From an uncultured delta proteobacterium (lineage in GTDB: Bacteria; Desulfobacterota; Binatia; Binatales; Binataceae): DNA of 64,000 nt. The notes under the pieces are model-generated. The model saw nothing but the letters and a program-made list of their open reading frames with translations, was not told the origin of the DNA and made no database searches. Below, piece by piece: positions 45,837 through 55,721 of the stretch. Numbering within the stretch: the stretch's first letter is position 1; every line of letters begins with the position of its first letter. Made by a program: the position numbers and the translations under genes. The DNA lies in NCBI GenBank assembly GCA_963794325.1, contig CAWCDG010000004.1:1-64000 (forward strand), in the 5' to 3' direction.

Positions 45837-48467
45837 TTATTGACAATTTATGCTCACTACGTCCGCGCCCGTTCCGGTGAGTGTGACGCTGCCGGCCGCC
45901 GGCGTTCCTGTCGTAACTGCGTGAGCTGCACTTGCCCCGCAGACGCTGTTGGCGCGAACGCAAATATTGGTGAAAGTCCCCGAGCCTGACGTTAGTGTGA
46001 CCGATCCGTTGCATGGCGTGGCCGTCACAGCACCAGGCGTACTGGACCACGGCACGCTGCCCCATCCCTGCAGCGTTGCGTTTGCGACAGCCACCGGACT
46101 CAGTGCGCCGCTCTCGGCAATGATCTGAGTCGGCGAATGGTCGGCGTACATATTCACGCCGGTGAAGGTGACTCTGGCGCCATTGTCGAGGACCGCTGCG
46201 GAAGCGTTGTTCGACCCGGCAATCGCACCGCCCTGAATGCTGACGTTCTCCGGTCCCGTCACAAACAGATGGGAGAACGCGCCGCTTCCTTCGGCGTCGT
46301 CCTGCGGATTTATCTCGGCTATGGTTCCACCGATGCCGGATGAAACAGCCAGGCCATACCTGGGCGCCGTGATTGAGGACTGGGTACACAAAGGATCGGT
46401 CAGAGTGGCGTTTGAATTGATAGCTTCACAAGCCCAGGCATTTGTCACTTGAGTGTTGTAGAAATAAACATCGTTGGCGTTGCTCGCGACAATCCCATAG
46501 CGACCCGGCACACCTATATAGTAGAGGTTGGAAAAGATGAAATTGTTATAGGCCAGGTTCCATAGTTCAAAGCCTATTTCGCAACCCTTAAATCCGAATC
46601 CTTGTCCACATGAGATATGATCAGCGGTCGCGTTGTGGGTTCCGTCGAACAGCAATCCCGACACGTCCGGGCCGCTTGGGTTGATAACGATATTCTGCAC
46701 AGTGTTGTAGGTCTGGTTGAGTCCGGGCACGGTACTTCCAGAAAAATACTCGTAAAGCCATCCGAAACCCCATGAGCCTGAAGCCAGGCTGTTGTCGTAG
46801 GCCTTGATAAACGGTGCGCCGCCCGGCGCGGTCTCACCGTTGGTCAGTATTAGAGTATTGGAGTCGGCGCTAAACTTCGCGCTAGGAACTGTTCCGATAG
46901 TGCCAGTCCAACGAGCCGAGTTGGATATGCGCACCGAATCGACGTAGCCGTTGATTGCCCCCGCATAACTGCCTCCATTGGGCCATGCGGTACCCATCGA
47001 AGGGCCGATGGTCACGTCCTCAGTAGGGTCTTGAACTATAGTGCCCGACGCGGCCGCTGTTCCAGCAGGAGAGCAATTAGTACTTCCGGGAATACAGACG
47101 TACATTCGAGCGGTCGTGCCGTCGTAAGTCAAAGCATAGTAGTACACAGTTCCGGTAGTAACTGCGCCGCCATTGTTACCGACGTTTCCACCCGTCGTAT
47201 GCAATTGAAAATTCCACTGTCCACCGGAGATTCTGGTTTGGAACGCCGCGACTTGCCCTATCGTCTGTGACGGAACGGAATTACTGGTAACCATGTTGCC
47301 ATCGCCTGCGGTTACATCCTTGACGTACATCTCAACGGTGAAGGCGCTTAGACCGTTCAGATTCATGCCGCTCGGCGATCCTAGTGGACCGTTAACGCCG
47401 TCCCACTCACGCAGATTCAGCCAATAGTTATTGCGCGATGCGTTCGTGAAATCGAAGGCGTTGCCCGCGCCGCTGACCAGAGACGCACGAAGCGGGATGC
47501 CGGTAAAAGCAGAACCAACGAACACCAGCGTCTTGCCGAAGTCATAGAAGGGCTCGATAGGACCGGCGATGCCCGTGCCGCTGAGATTAGCGCCGTTACA
47601 CTTGCCCCATAATGGATAGTTGATCCTGTAGCCGGTCGCAGAAGGTAAGAATCCTTGGCCGGGAGTTGTGCATTCGGCATTTAGAACGTTCTGTATGCTT
47701 GCAGTGTCGTCGGTCGCGGCGTCGCCCTTCGCGCCGTAAGCCTTTGCGTTATAAGCCCCGTTGATGTTGAACCCGCTGAGCGCGTCTGAGCCGTCGTGCT
47801 TCGCACCCGCCATCGTGTTGACCTGCGCGCCCGTCTGCCCGGAATAGATCGGAGCTTTGCCGCCCAGCACGGTCTGCACAGTAGCCGCGGGCAGCGTCCC
47901 GGAGAGATCGCCCCCGGTCATCGTAGTCGAGGTAGTGACCGGGACCTGGCCGCCGAGGACGGTAGCTACAGTAGGATTTGGTAGTGAGCCGCCTAAGTCT
48001 CCCCCGCTCGTCTGCCCGAACGAAAGCGCGTCGCCGCTAGCTGTTCCGTTGGCCAGCGATGTGACCTTGTTGCCATTCGCGTTAAGAGTCGATTCGAGGG
48101 TGCTGATTGAGCAGGACCACTGGCCGCGGGCTCCGAGTGCCCATGCACCGCCTCCTCCACTCCCGCACGGCGTCGTGCGCTTGCAGTCTTTGCAGTAGAG
48201 GATCAAGCCGTCCTGCTCGGCCGGCAGATTTGCGAAGGTAGGACTGACAACCATCGGCAAGATGGGTTGGCCGCCGGACAAGCGGCTGTTGATAGCCTCG
48301 CGGAACTGGAGTCCTGCGCCGACGCCGGTGAAATTTGGAATCGGTTGATAGGCGCCGGGGGGCGGCAAGTTCTGCGCATCGGCGCTCGACAGCGAAATCA
48401 TTACAAGCGCTAATGCGGAGACTGAAAAGACTGAAAGAACCGGCCACGAAGTCCGTTTCGAGTACAT
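45837..48467 (-). CDS. Large secreted tailspike/pectin-lyase-like protein with inserted LamG-like domain
   Basis: Signal peptide ..SSADA; two GGDL(G/S)G.LP..TV.TVLGG repeats; NAKAYGAKGD..TDDTASIQ; FTVEMYVK..YYALTYDGT..INGYVDSVRISN; Asn/Gly/Ser/Thr-rich C-terminal half. Confidence 0.7.
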   Translation of the reverse strand: MYSKRTSWPVLSVFSVSALALVMISLSSADAQNLPPPGAYQPIPNFTGVGAGLQFREAINSRLSGGQPILPMVVSPTFANLPAEQDGLILYCKDCKRTTPCGSGGGGAWALGARGQWSCSISTLESTLNANGNKVTSLANGTASGDALSFGQTSGGDLGGSLPNPTVATVLGGQVPVTTSTTMTGGDLSGTLPAATVQTVLGGKAPIYSGQTGAQVNTMAGAKHDGSDALSGFNINGAYNAKAYGAKGDAATDDTASIQNVLNAECTTPGQGFLPSATGYRINYPLWGKCNGANLSGTGIAGPIEPFYDFGKTLVFVGSAFTGIPLRASLVSGAGNAFDFTNASRNNYWLNLREWDGVNGPLGSPSGMNLNGLSAFTVEMYVKDVTAGDGNMVTSNSVPSQTIGQVAAFQTRISGGQWNFQLHTTGGNVGNNGGAVTTGTVYYYALTYDGTTARMYVCIPGSTNCSPAGTAAASGTIVQDPTEDVTIGPSMGTAWPNGGSYAGAINGYVDSVRISNSARWTGTIGTVPSAKFSADSNTLILTNGETAPGGAPFIKAYDNSLASGSWGFGWLYEYFSGSTVPGLNQTYNTVQNIVINPSGPDVSGLLFDGTHNATADHISCGQGFGFKGCEIGFELWNLAYNNFIFSNLYYIGVPGRYGIVASNANDVYFYNTQVTNAWACEAINSNATLTDPLCTQSSITAPRYGLAVSSGIGGTIAEINPQDDAEGSGAFSHLFVTGPENVSIQGGAIAGSNNASAAVLDNGARVTFTGVNMYADHSPTQIIAESGALSPVAVANATLQGWGSVPWSSTPGAVTATPCNGSVTLTSGSGTFTNICVRANSVCGASAAHAVTTGTPAAGSVTLTGTGADVVSINCQ

Positions 48468-48614
48468 TTCTGACACCTTGCCGCGGACGGTCGGGCGTTT
48501 ATCGCGAGATTTCAAGCAGTGATCGTAAATAGCGCGGGCGGTAATCGAAGATAGACGAACATCAGCAATAGTCTGCCATCAAAATTCGAAAAGCGTAAGG
48601 CTAAAAAGTTCAGG

Positions 48615-48636
48615 GGCAGGGGTGACCCCTGCACCC
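48615..48636. repeat. 22-bp REP-like palindrome, copy 2
   Basis: Identical to 6779-6800; downstream of trxB. Confidence 0.85.
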
Positions 48637-48656
48637 AGTGCTTTTGGCTGTTCGTG

Positions 48657-48725
48657 GCGGCGCTCCTTCGTCGCGCCGCGCGATTCGATCCTCCACCCTA
48701 ACCGTCCTCCGATGTTGGAGGAGGG
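48657..48725. repeat. Further palindromes downstream of trxB: GCGGCGC..GCGCCGC and CCTCCACCCTAACCGTCCTCC..GGAGGAGGG
   Basis: Two hairpins; the second resembles 22360-22393 in architecture. Confidence 0.6.
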
Positions 48726-48752
48726 AATCAAGGCGGGAAAACAGTCTCGTTC

Positions 48753-49691
48753 CTACTCGCCCTTGGCTTCGAGCCAGCGTTCGGCGTCGATGGCGGCCAT
48801 GCATCCGGTGCCGGCGGCGGTTACTGCCTGGCGATAGACGCTGTCGACGACGTCGCCGCAGGCGAAGACGCCGTCGATGTTGGTGTAGGTCGAGCCTGGC
48901 TTCACTTTGAGGTAGCCGATCTCGTCCATCTCGAGCTGGCCCTTGAACAGCGCGCTGTTGGGATTGTGACCGATCGCGACGAACACGGCGTCAGTCTTGT
49001 GGTCGGTGAGTTTACCGGTCTTGAGATTTTTCAACGTGACGCCGCTGACCCCTTCTTTCTGCTCGCCGTGGATTTTTTCGATGGCGGAATCCCAGATGAA
49101 TCCAATCTTGGGATTCTTGCGCGCGCGATCCTGCATGATCTTCGACGCCCGCAGCGAATCGCGGCGATGCACGACCGTGGCTTTGTTGACGAAGCGGGTC
49201 AGGAAGGTTGCTTCTTCCATCGCGGTGTCGCCGCCGCCGACCACGATCGCATCCTTGTTCTTGAAGAATGCGCCGTCGCAGGTGGCGCATGCGCTGACCC
49301 CATAGCCCATCAATCGTTTTTCAGAATCTATTCCCAGAAGTTTCGCGGTCGCGCCGGTCGCGATGATCACGGCTTCGGCCTGGATCACTTTGTCGTCGGC
49401 GACCAGCTCGAAGGGCCGCTTGCCGAAACGCACCTCGGTAACCGCGCCGCTTATGAAACGCGTGCCGAACCGGGTCACTTGGCGACGGAACACGTCCATC
49501 ATCTCGGGACCCTGGATGCCGTGCTCGAAGCCGGGATAGTTCTCGACCTCGGTGGTGATAGTGAGCTGGCCGCCGGGTTCATAGCCCTCGATCAAGAGGG
49601 GATTCAGATTGGCGCGGGCAGTATAGAGCGCCGCGGTGAGTCCGGCGGGGCCGGAGCCGAGAATTACGACCTTGTTGATTTGATCAGCCAT
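48753..49691 (-). CDS. trxB: Thioredoxin-disulfide reductase
   Basis: GSGPAG, GGQLTITTEVENYPG, ACATCDG, VGGGDTAMEEA, YRQAVTAAGTGC. Confidence 0.98.
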   Translation of the reverse strand: MADQINKVVILGSGPAGLTAALYTARANLNPLLIEGYEPGGQLTITTEVENYPGFEHGIQGPEMMDVFRRQVTRFGTRFISGAVTEVRFGKRPFELVADDKVIQAEAVIIATGATAKLLGIDSEKRLMGYGVSACATCDGAFFKNKDAIVVGGGDTAMEEATFLTRFVNKATVVHRRDSLRASKIMQDRARKNPKIGFIWDSAIEKIHGEQKEGVSGVTLKNLKTGKLTDHKTDAVFVAIGHNPNSALFKGQLEMDEIGYLKVKPGSTYTNIDGVFACGDVVDSVYRQAVTAAGTGCMAAIDAERWLEAKGE

Positions 49692-49792
49692 ATTATTCGT
49701 TTGCGTGATGGTTGAGATGTTCGGGCGAACCGAGAATCAAGAGTTTATTGTATCTGCGCGGGCGGTCAACATAAGCTCTAACCACTCCTTCG

Positions 49793-50332
49793 ATGGCGGG
49801 CAAGAAACAATCCTTAAAGCGGGGCGCCGTATCCACGCGCCTGACGCATCTTGATGCGCGCGGGCGGATTCGGATGGTTGATGTCGGCGAGAAGCCGGTG
49901 ACGCGCCGCGAGGCAGTGGCGCGCGGCGAGGTCCGGATGGCGCGCGCGACGTTGGATGCGATCGTCGGCGGGCGCCTCAAGAAGGGCGAAGCGCTCGCGG
50001 CGGCGCGGATTGCTGGAATCATGGCGGCGAAACGCACGCATGAGATGATTCCGCTATGCCATCAGATACCGCTGGAAGTGGTCGAGGTCGATTTCAATCC
50101 CGATGCCACCCACTCGACGCTGCAAATACAAGCGCGCGCGGTGACGGACGCGCGCACCGGCGTCGAGATGGAAGCGCTGGTCGCGGTGAGTGCGGCGGCG
50201 CTGACGATTTACGACATGGCCAAGGCAATCGATCGCGCGATGGAAATCGGCGCGATTCGGCTGATCGCGAAGCGCGGCGGCCGCAGCGGCGACATTGCTC
50301 GCGACGGCGAGCCGCCATGGCCGATACGGTGA
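49793..50332 (+). CDS. moaC: Cyclic pyranopterin monophosphate synthase MoaC
   Basis: [33 protein letters not shown]. Confidence 0.97.
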   Translation: MAGKKQSLKRGAVSTRLTHLDARGRIRMVDVGEKPVTRREAVARGEVRMARATLDAIVGGRLKKGEALAAARIAGIMAAKRTHEMIPLCHQIPLEVVEVDFNPDATHSTLQIQARAVTDARTGVEMEALVAVSAAALTIYDMAKAIDRAMEIGAIRLIAKRGGRSGDIARDGEPPWPIR

Positions 50333-51513
50333 ACGCGCCGCTCGCGCGCGCGATTCTTAAGCGCGGGAGGGAGGGGCCGGTCCGCGGCGGAAATCCGTGG
50401 ATTTTCTCGCAAGCAATCGACCGGATTGAACCGCCGTCGCCTGAGGCGGGTGCGCTGATCAGCGTGCATGACGCCTCGGGCGCGTTGATTGGGATGGGTT
50501 ACTGCAACCTCGCGACGACGATCGCGATTCGGATGCTGGCGTGGGGCGAGACTCCCGGTATCGACGAGTTGGTCGCGCGGCGGTTGAAGAGCGCGATCGC
50601 GCTGAGAAAGCGATTCATCGATGACGATACGAATGCGTACCGACTCGTCAATGGCGATGGCGATGGGCTGTCGGGGGTCGTCGTCGATCGATTCGGAGAT
50701 GTGATCGTCGTGCAAATCCTGACTGCGGGCGCGGACCGGATGCGCGCGGCGATGGTCGATGCGCTGAGCGAGCTGCTGCATCCGCAGGCGATCATCGAAC
50801 GGAGCCATGGCGCGGTGCGGAAGCAGGAGGGCCTCGACGATCATATCGCGGTTCTCGCCGGCGAGGCGGTGACAGAAACGATCGCGGTCGAGAATGGAAT
50901 CAAGCTCAAGATTGATTTCGAGCATGGACAGAAGACCGGGTACTTCCTCGATCAACGCGACAACCGCGCGGTTGCGGGCCGAATCGCGGCCGGCGGGCGG
51001 GTGCTCGACGCATTCTGCTACCAGGGTGGATTTTCGCTGGCGGCGCTTGCAGGACGCGCCAGTAAAGTCGTCGCGGTTGATACGTCGGCGCGGGCGCTCG
51101 AAGTCGCGCGGCAGAATCTCGAGCTGAACGAGCATCCTGCGAGCGCCGTCGAGTTTGTTCACGGCGAGGCAGGCAAGTTCATGGCGGAGACCGCGAATCG
51201 GTTCGACCTGATCGTTCTCGATCCGCCGCCGCTGGCGCGCAGCCGGGGCGATGCGGAGCGCGCAGGACGGCTTTACGTCGAGCTCAACACGGTCGCGATG
51301 CGGGCGTTGGCGCCGGGCGGGCGTCTGATGACGTTCTCGTGCTCGACGCATTTTCGCGGCGAGGATGTTGTCCGTGCGGTGCGATTCGCCGGGTCCAACG
51401 CGGGCCGCACGCTTCGCTTGATTGCGCATCTCGGGCCGGGCGCGGACCATCCTGTGCTGCTCGGTCATGGCGAGGGCGAGTACCTGACCGGCCTGCTGCT
51501 GGCGGACTTGTAG
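50317..51513 (+). CDS. rlmI: RlmI-like SAM-dependent rRNA methyltransferase (PUA domain)
   Basis: [56 protein letters not shown]. Confidence 0.85.
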   Translation: MADTVNAPLARAILKRGREGPVRGGNPWIFSQAIDRIEPPSPEAGALISVHDASGALIGMGYCNLATTIAIRMLAWGETPGIDELVARRLKSAIALRKRFIDDDTNAYRLVNGDGDGLSGVVVDRFGDVIVVQILTAGADRMRAAMVDALSELLHPQAIIERSHGAVRKQEGLDDHIAVLAGEAVTETIAVENGIKLKIDFEHGQKTGYFLDQRDNRAVAGRIAAGGRVLDAFCYQGGFSLAALAGRASKVVAVDTSARALEVARQNLELNEHPASAVEFVHGEAGKFMAETANRFDLIVLDPPPLARSRGDAERAGRLYVELNTVAMRALAPGGRLMTFSCSTHFRGEDVVRAVRFAGSNAGRTLRLIAHLGPGADHPVLLGHGEGEYLTGLLLADL

Positions 51514-51694
51514 TTTCTGGCTGACGCTCAGTGATGGAGGTATCTCGATGGCCGCCAAAGTCGCGGCGCTGGTGCGCGGCGAAACTGGAGGCTAAGGCAG
51601 TCGCACCGGTTCGATCACTCGCACCAAAAATACGACTTGCTAAGCTTGCGGGTTTGCTTGAGTATAGAGCAAATTTTTCGACGGGATCGGGCGA

Positions 51695-52831
51695 ATGGAG
51701 CGAAAAGTCCACGCATACCGCATAATCAAGGCGCTCTTTGTTGTAGTCGCGCTGGCGATCGCCGCGTGCCATCGCGAAGTTGCGATGCCGCCGCTGCCGC
51801 TGCGCAATATCACGCTCACCGACAAATTTTTCGACGTATGGCCGACCAGTCCAACGCGCGCGTTTGTGGTCGGCGATCGAGGCAAGGTGCTGCTGACCGA
51901 AGACAGCGGCCGCACCTGGAAGCGAATCGACATCGGCACCCAGCTCGGCATCTTCGGAATCCAGATGACCGACGATCAGAACGGCTACCTGTGCGGGCAG
52001 GACGGGCTGGTGATGCGCACACGCGACGGCGGCAAGACGTGGAAGCGTCTCGAGTCGCGGACGCATCTGTTCATTTTTGGACTGTCGTTCCCGGACACCA
52101 ATCACGGCTTTTTTGTCGGCGACCGAGCGCTGGTGGAGAGTACGACCAACGGCGGCGAGACTTTCACCAAGCGCCAGTTGCAGCGATTGTTCCCGCCGGA
52201 GATCGCCGACTACGCGCTGCCGTACGACGAGCCGGTTCTCTACAGCGCGAGCTTTATCGATGTCGATCACGGATGGGTGGTTGGCGAGCTGGGACGAATC
52301 TGGGCGACTGAAAATGCCGGCAAGAGCTGGAAAGAGCAGCAGCAAATGCTGGTGCCGCAATATAAGTATCCGCTTGGACCAAACGACGATCCGCGCTTCG
52401 CCGATTTTCTGCTGCCGACCTTTTTCAGCGTCTCGTTTCGCGATCAAAAGCATGGCGCGGCGTGCGGGCTCGAGGGCTGGGTGATCCAGACCGACGACGG
52501 CGGTACGACCTGGCGCTTTGCGCATCAGGCGGACAAGCCGGGCGGGCCGCCGGACACGCTGGTTCCGGGAGCGCCGCATATTCCGGCGCGCGATCCGCTG
52601 TTCTCGATCGATCTGTTCGGCGGCGACCAGGGAATCACGACCGGATTGACCGGCACTGTGCTACGCCTTCAGCCCAACGGCGCATGGGCGCACGATCCGT
52701 CGGTGCCGGCGATACCGTTTCCGCTGAGCCAGGCGCGTTTCTTCGACGCACAGCACGGATGGATCGTCGGCTACGGCACCATCCTTTACACCGAGGACGG
52801 CGGCAAGACCTGGCGCTTCTGTCAGGGTTGA
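51695..52831 (+). CDS. YCF48-related BNR/Asp-box beta-propeller lipoprotein
   Basis: Lipobox AIAAC; six Asp-box repeats (TEDSGRTW, TRDGGKTW, TTNGGETF, TENAGKSW, TDDGGTTW, TEDGGKTW). Confidence 0.88.
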   Translation: MERKVHAYRIIKALFVVVALAIAACHREVAMPPLPLRNITLTDKFFDVWPTSPTRAFVVGDRGKVLLTEDSGRTWKRIDIGTQLGIFGIQMTDDQNGYLCGQDGLVMRTRDGGKTWKRLESRTHLFIFGLSFPDTNHGFFVGDRALVESTTNGGETFTKRQLQRLFPPEIADYALPYDEPVLYSASFIDVDHGWVVGELGRIWATENAGKSWKEQQQMLVPQYKYPLGPNDDPRFADFLLPTFFSVSFRDQKHGAACGLEGWVIQTDDGGTTWRFAHQADKPGGPPDTLVPGAPHIPARDPLFSIDLFGGDQGITTGLTGTVLRLQPNGAWAHDPSVPAIPFPLSQARFFDAQHGWIVGYGTILYTEDGGKTWRFCQG

Positions 52832-52868
52832 GCGCGCACGCGCGAGCAAAGGGAATTCGGAGAACGCA

Positions 52869-55259
52869 ATGACCTGGTACCGTTTTGGTGAATGGATTCT
52901 GCGCCGCCGCTTCATCGTGCTGGCCGTGGTCGGCGCGCTGACTGCGTTCTTCGGCTACTACGCGGCGCAGACCCAGCTGGTCACCAGCTTCGGCGACTTG
53001 CTTCCGCAGAACCATCCGTTCATCCAGGTCGCGCACAAATACGACCAGTACTTTGGCAGCGTCAACAACGTCACGATCATGATCGAGGCGAGAGAGGGGA
53101 CGATCTACAACACAGAGATCATCAAGAAGATCGCCCACATGACGCAGAACATGGATCTGGTTTACGGGATCCAGCACGGATCGGTGCGATCGCTCACGAC
53201 CCAGAGCTATTTCCGTCCGTTGGCCGGCGGCGTGATTCTCAACACTCCGGTGCTGCCCAACGGCGACATTCCCAAGACCCAGGCCGATCTCAACGAACTC
53301 GAAAGCAACGTCCACAAAAATCCCGGCGTGATCTTCGGGCGCTTCGTCTCGCTTGACGATAGGGCGGCGGTGATCGAAGGCAGCTTTCTGGAATCGCGGC
53401 TCGACTACACGCGCATCTTCAACGAGATTCGCCGCATCGTCGTCAATCCCGAAAAAGACTCGACGGTGCACATCTACTACGGCGGTCAGCCGATCCTGTA
53501 CGGCTGGGTCTATCACTACACGCCGGAATTTCTGTGGATCTTTGTCGCGACGGTGCTCGCCGTGTGGATCCTGCTCTATCTTTATTTCCACGACTGGCGC
53601 GGTGCGCTGCGGCCGACGATCTCCGGCGTCATCTGCGCCATCTGGGGGCTCGGCTTCATCCGGCTGCTCGGTTACGGACTCGACCCGCTGGTGCTGGTCA
53701 TCCCGTTCCTGATAACCGCGCGCGCCGTCAGCCATTCGGTGCAAATGCACGATCGGTATTACGAGGAATTCTACCGCCTGCGCGACAAGGAAAAGGCCAT
53801 CCTGTCGTCGTTCGCCGAGTTGTTCGTGCCGTCGCTGTCGGGAATTCTGGCGGACGCGTTCGGCGTGCTGGTCATCCTGCTGGTGCCGGTGCTGTTTCTG
53901 CAAAAGCTGGCGGTCACGGCCAGTTTCTGGATCGCCGCGATCATTGTGAGCGAGCTGATTCTTAATCCGATCGTGTACTACTACCTCGACCCGCCGCAGA
54001 TCGACGTGATCGAGCGCCGCGAGCATGGCTCTTTCAAAAGAATGCTGGAGTCGATCGCCAAGCCGATGCTGGAGCGGACGGGTCGCATCGCGACGTTCGC
54101 AGGTACCATCGCGGTGATCTTGCTGTGCGCATTCTTCTGGACCGGCCTCAAAGTCGGCGACCCGTCCTCGGAATCGCCGATCCTGTGGCCGACGTCGCCG
54201 TACAACCGATCGATGGCTGCGATCCAGGAGGAGTTCGGCGCGATCGAGCAGTTCGTGGTCGTCGCGGAGCTGGCCAACCGCAGCTCGCTGGATGATCCCA
54301 AACTGTACCACGTGATGGACGAGTACGAACGTTACATGGAGCGCGATCCAGCGGTGGGGCGCACCTTCTCGATCGCCGATCTGCTCTCGAACGGCGGATC
54401 CGCGCTAAAAGAGTTCTACCCCAAGTGGAACGTGCTGCCGACCACGGCGCGCGGCACCGGACAACTACTCGGCGGACTGCTGGCGGGAGCGTCTCCGCTA
54501 TCGACCGCGTACATCATTACGCCGCGGCGCGACGCGACCCAGATTACCGTGTACACGAAGGATCGCGAGGGTGAAAACGTCCAGCGCGTGGTCCTGCGCA
54601 CGCAGCGGTTCTTCGCCGAGCCCAAGCATCAGGTGCCCGGGGTCCACTTTGCGCTTGCCGCCGGAATAATCGGCGAGCTCGCGGCCGCCAACCAGGAAAT
54701 TATCGACAACGATCTTCTGCTCAACGTGCTCGCGTTCGCGACGATCTACCTGATACTGCTTGCAACCTATCGATCGTTCATGGCCGGTATCTATTTGCTA
54801 TTCCCACTTGCATTAGCCAATGCAGCAATCAATGCGTACATGGGCGCTCACGATATAGGTATCAACATCAATACTCTGCCGGTAGTCACTGTCGGTGTCG
54901 GATTCGGAATTGACTACTCTATTTACATAGTCAGCCGGATTATCGAGGAGCTCGCCGAGGGCCACGACCTCAAGCTCAGCACCTACACTGCGCTGGTCAC
55001 TTCGGGGAAGGCGGTCGCGTTCACCGCGCTGACGCTGGTCGCGTCGGTCCTGTTCTGGTACTGGTCCAGCATCCGCTTCGACGCCGAGATGGGCCTGCTG
55101 CTGGCAGTCTGGATGTTCGTTTCGATGCTTGGCGCGATGACCATATTGCCGGTGATGATCGTGACGTTCGATCCGGCCTTCATTCGCCGCGAGAAGGAGC
55201 GAGTGGTCGCGTCGAAGCTGCTCGACCTCGAGGGTCACACGGTGGCCGCATCTTCCTAA
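52869..55259 (+). CDS. MMPL/RND-family transporter
   Basis: ~800 aa two-repeat topology; ARAVSHSVQ, GVGFGIDYSIY, TSGKAV. Confidence 0.9.
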   Translation: MTWYRFGEWILRRRFIVLAVVGALTAFFGYYAAQTQLVTSFGDLLPQNHPFIQVAHKYDQYFGSVNNVTIMIEAREGTIYNTEIIKKIAHMTQNMDLVYGIQHGSVRSLTTQSYFRPLAGGVILNTPVLPNGDIPKTQADLNELESNVHKNPGVIFGRFVSLDDRAAVIEGSFLESRLDYTRIFNEIRRIVVNPEKDSTVHIYYGGQPILYGWVYHYTPEFLWIFVATVLAVWILLYLYFHDWRGALRPTISGVICAIWGLGFIRLLGYGLDPLVLVIPFLITARAVSHSVQMHDRYYEEFYRLRDKEKAILSSFAELFVPSLSGILADAFGVLVILLVPVLFLQKLAVTASFWIAAIIVSELILNPIVYYYLDPPQIDVIERREHGSFKRMLESIAKPMLERTGRIATFAGTIAVILLCAFFWTGLKVGDPSSESPILWPTSPYNRSMAAIQEEFGAIEQFVVVAELANRSSLDDPKLYHVMDEYERYMERDPAVGRTFSIADLLSNGGSALKEFYPKWNVLPTTARGTGQLLGGLLAGASPLSTAYIITPRRDATQITVYTKDREGENVQRVVLRTQRFFAEPKHQVPGVHFALAAGIIGELAAANQEIIDNDLLLNVLAFATIYLILLATYRSFMAGIYLLFPLALANAAINAYMGAHDIGININTLPVVTVGVGFGIDYSIYIVSRIIEELAEGHDLKLSTYTALVTSGKAVAFTALTLVASVLFWYWSSIRFDAEMGLLLAVWMFVSMLGAMTILPVMIVTFDPAFIRREKERVVASKLLDLEGHTVAASS

Positions 55260-55297
55260 TCATTGACGCTCGTGGATAATCTGATCCGGTACCCGCG

Positions 55298-55681
55298 ATG
55301 AAACTGGAGCGGCTGGATCATTTTGGTCTCGAGGTGGCGGACCTCGCGCGCGCGGAGCGTTTCTACACCAGCGTTCTGGGGCTTCAGGTCGTCAACCGTT
55401 TCGGCGACCAGGTTTTGCTCGATTGCGGAGGCCAAAACCTTGCGCTGTTCGAGGTGGCGCGATCGCCGCTCGACGACGCGTCGCGGCAATCGATCATCGA
55501 GCATCCGCTCGGCCGCGGTCATCATGCGTTCACGGTAAAGGCGGGCGATTTCGCGGTCGCGCGCGAGCGTCTCGCGGCGGCAGGAGTCGAAAGCGCGGCG
55601 CCGATCGATTGGGGCGATCACGACTGCATCTACTTTCTCGATCCCGACGGCAATCTGCTCGAGATGGTGAGCTACCGCTGA
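55298..55681 (+). CDS. VOC/glyoxalase family protein
   Basis: LDHFGLEVADL, HHAF, IYFLDPDGNLLE. Confidence 0.9.
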   Translation: MKLERLDHFGLEVADLARAERFYTSVLGLQVVNRFGDQVLLDCGGQNLALFEVARSPLDDASRQSIIEHPLGRGHHAFTVKAGDFAVARERLAAAGVESAAPIDWGDHDCIYFLDPDGNLLEMVSYR

Positions 55682-55721
55682 AGGCCGAGCTGAAATCGCG
55701 CGCGTCCGTGGTTCACCGTCG

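Noticed and set aside
45837-48467. Prophage remnant
   Set aside because: Single gene with a signal peptide; no other phage genes or att sites nearby
50056-50316. N-terminal extension of the RlmI-like ORF
   Set aside because: Overlaps moaC in another frame; start at 50317 fits the family
13966-54311. Many long antisense ORFs (e.g. 13966-15096, 15230-16291, 37242-38372, 52635-54311)
   Set aside because: Typical stop-poor shadows of GC-rich genes; no recognisable motifs
54750-54945. Diversity-generating retroelement variable region
   Set aside because: The protein motif is preserved, and no template repeat or reverse transcriptase is seen in the window
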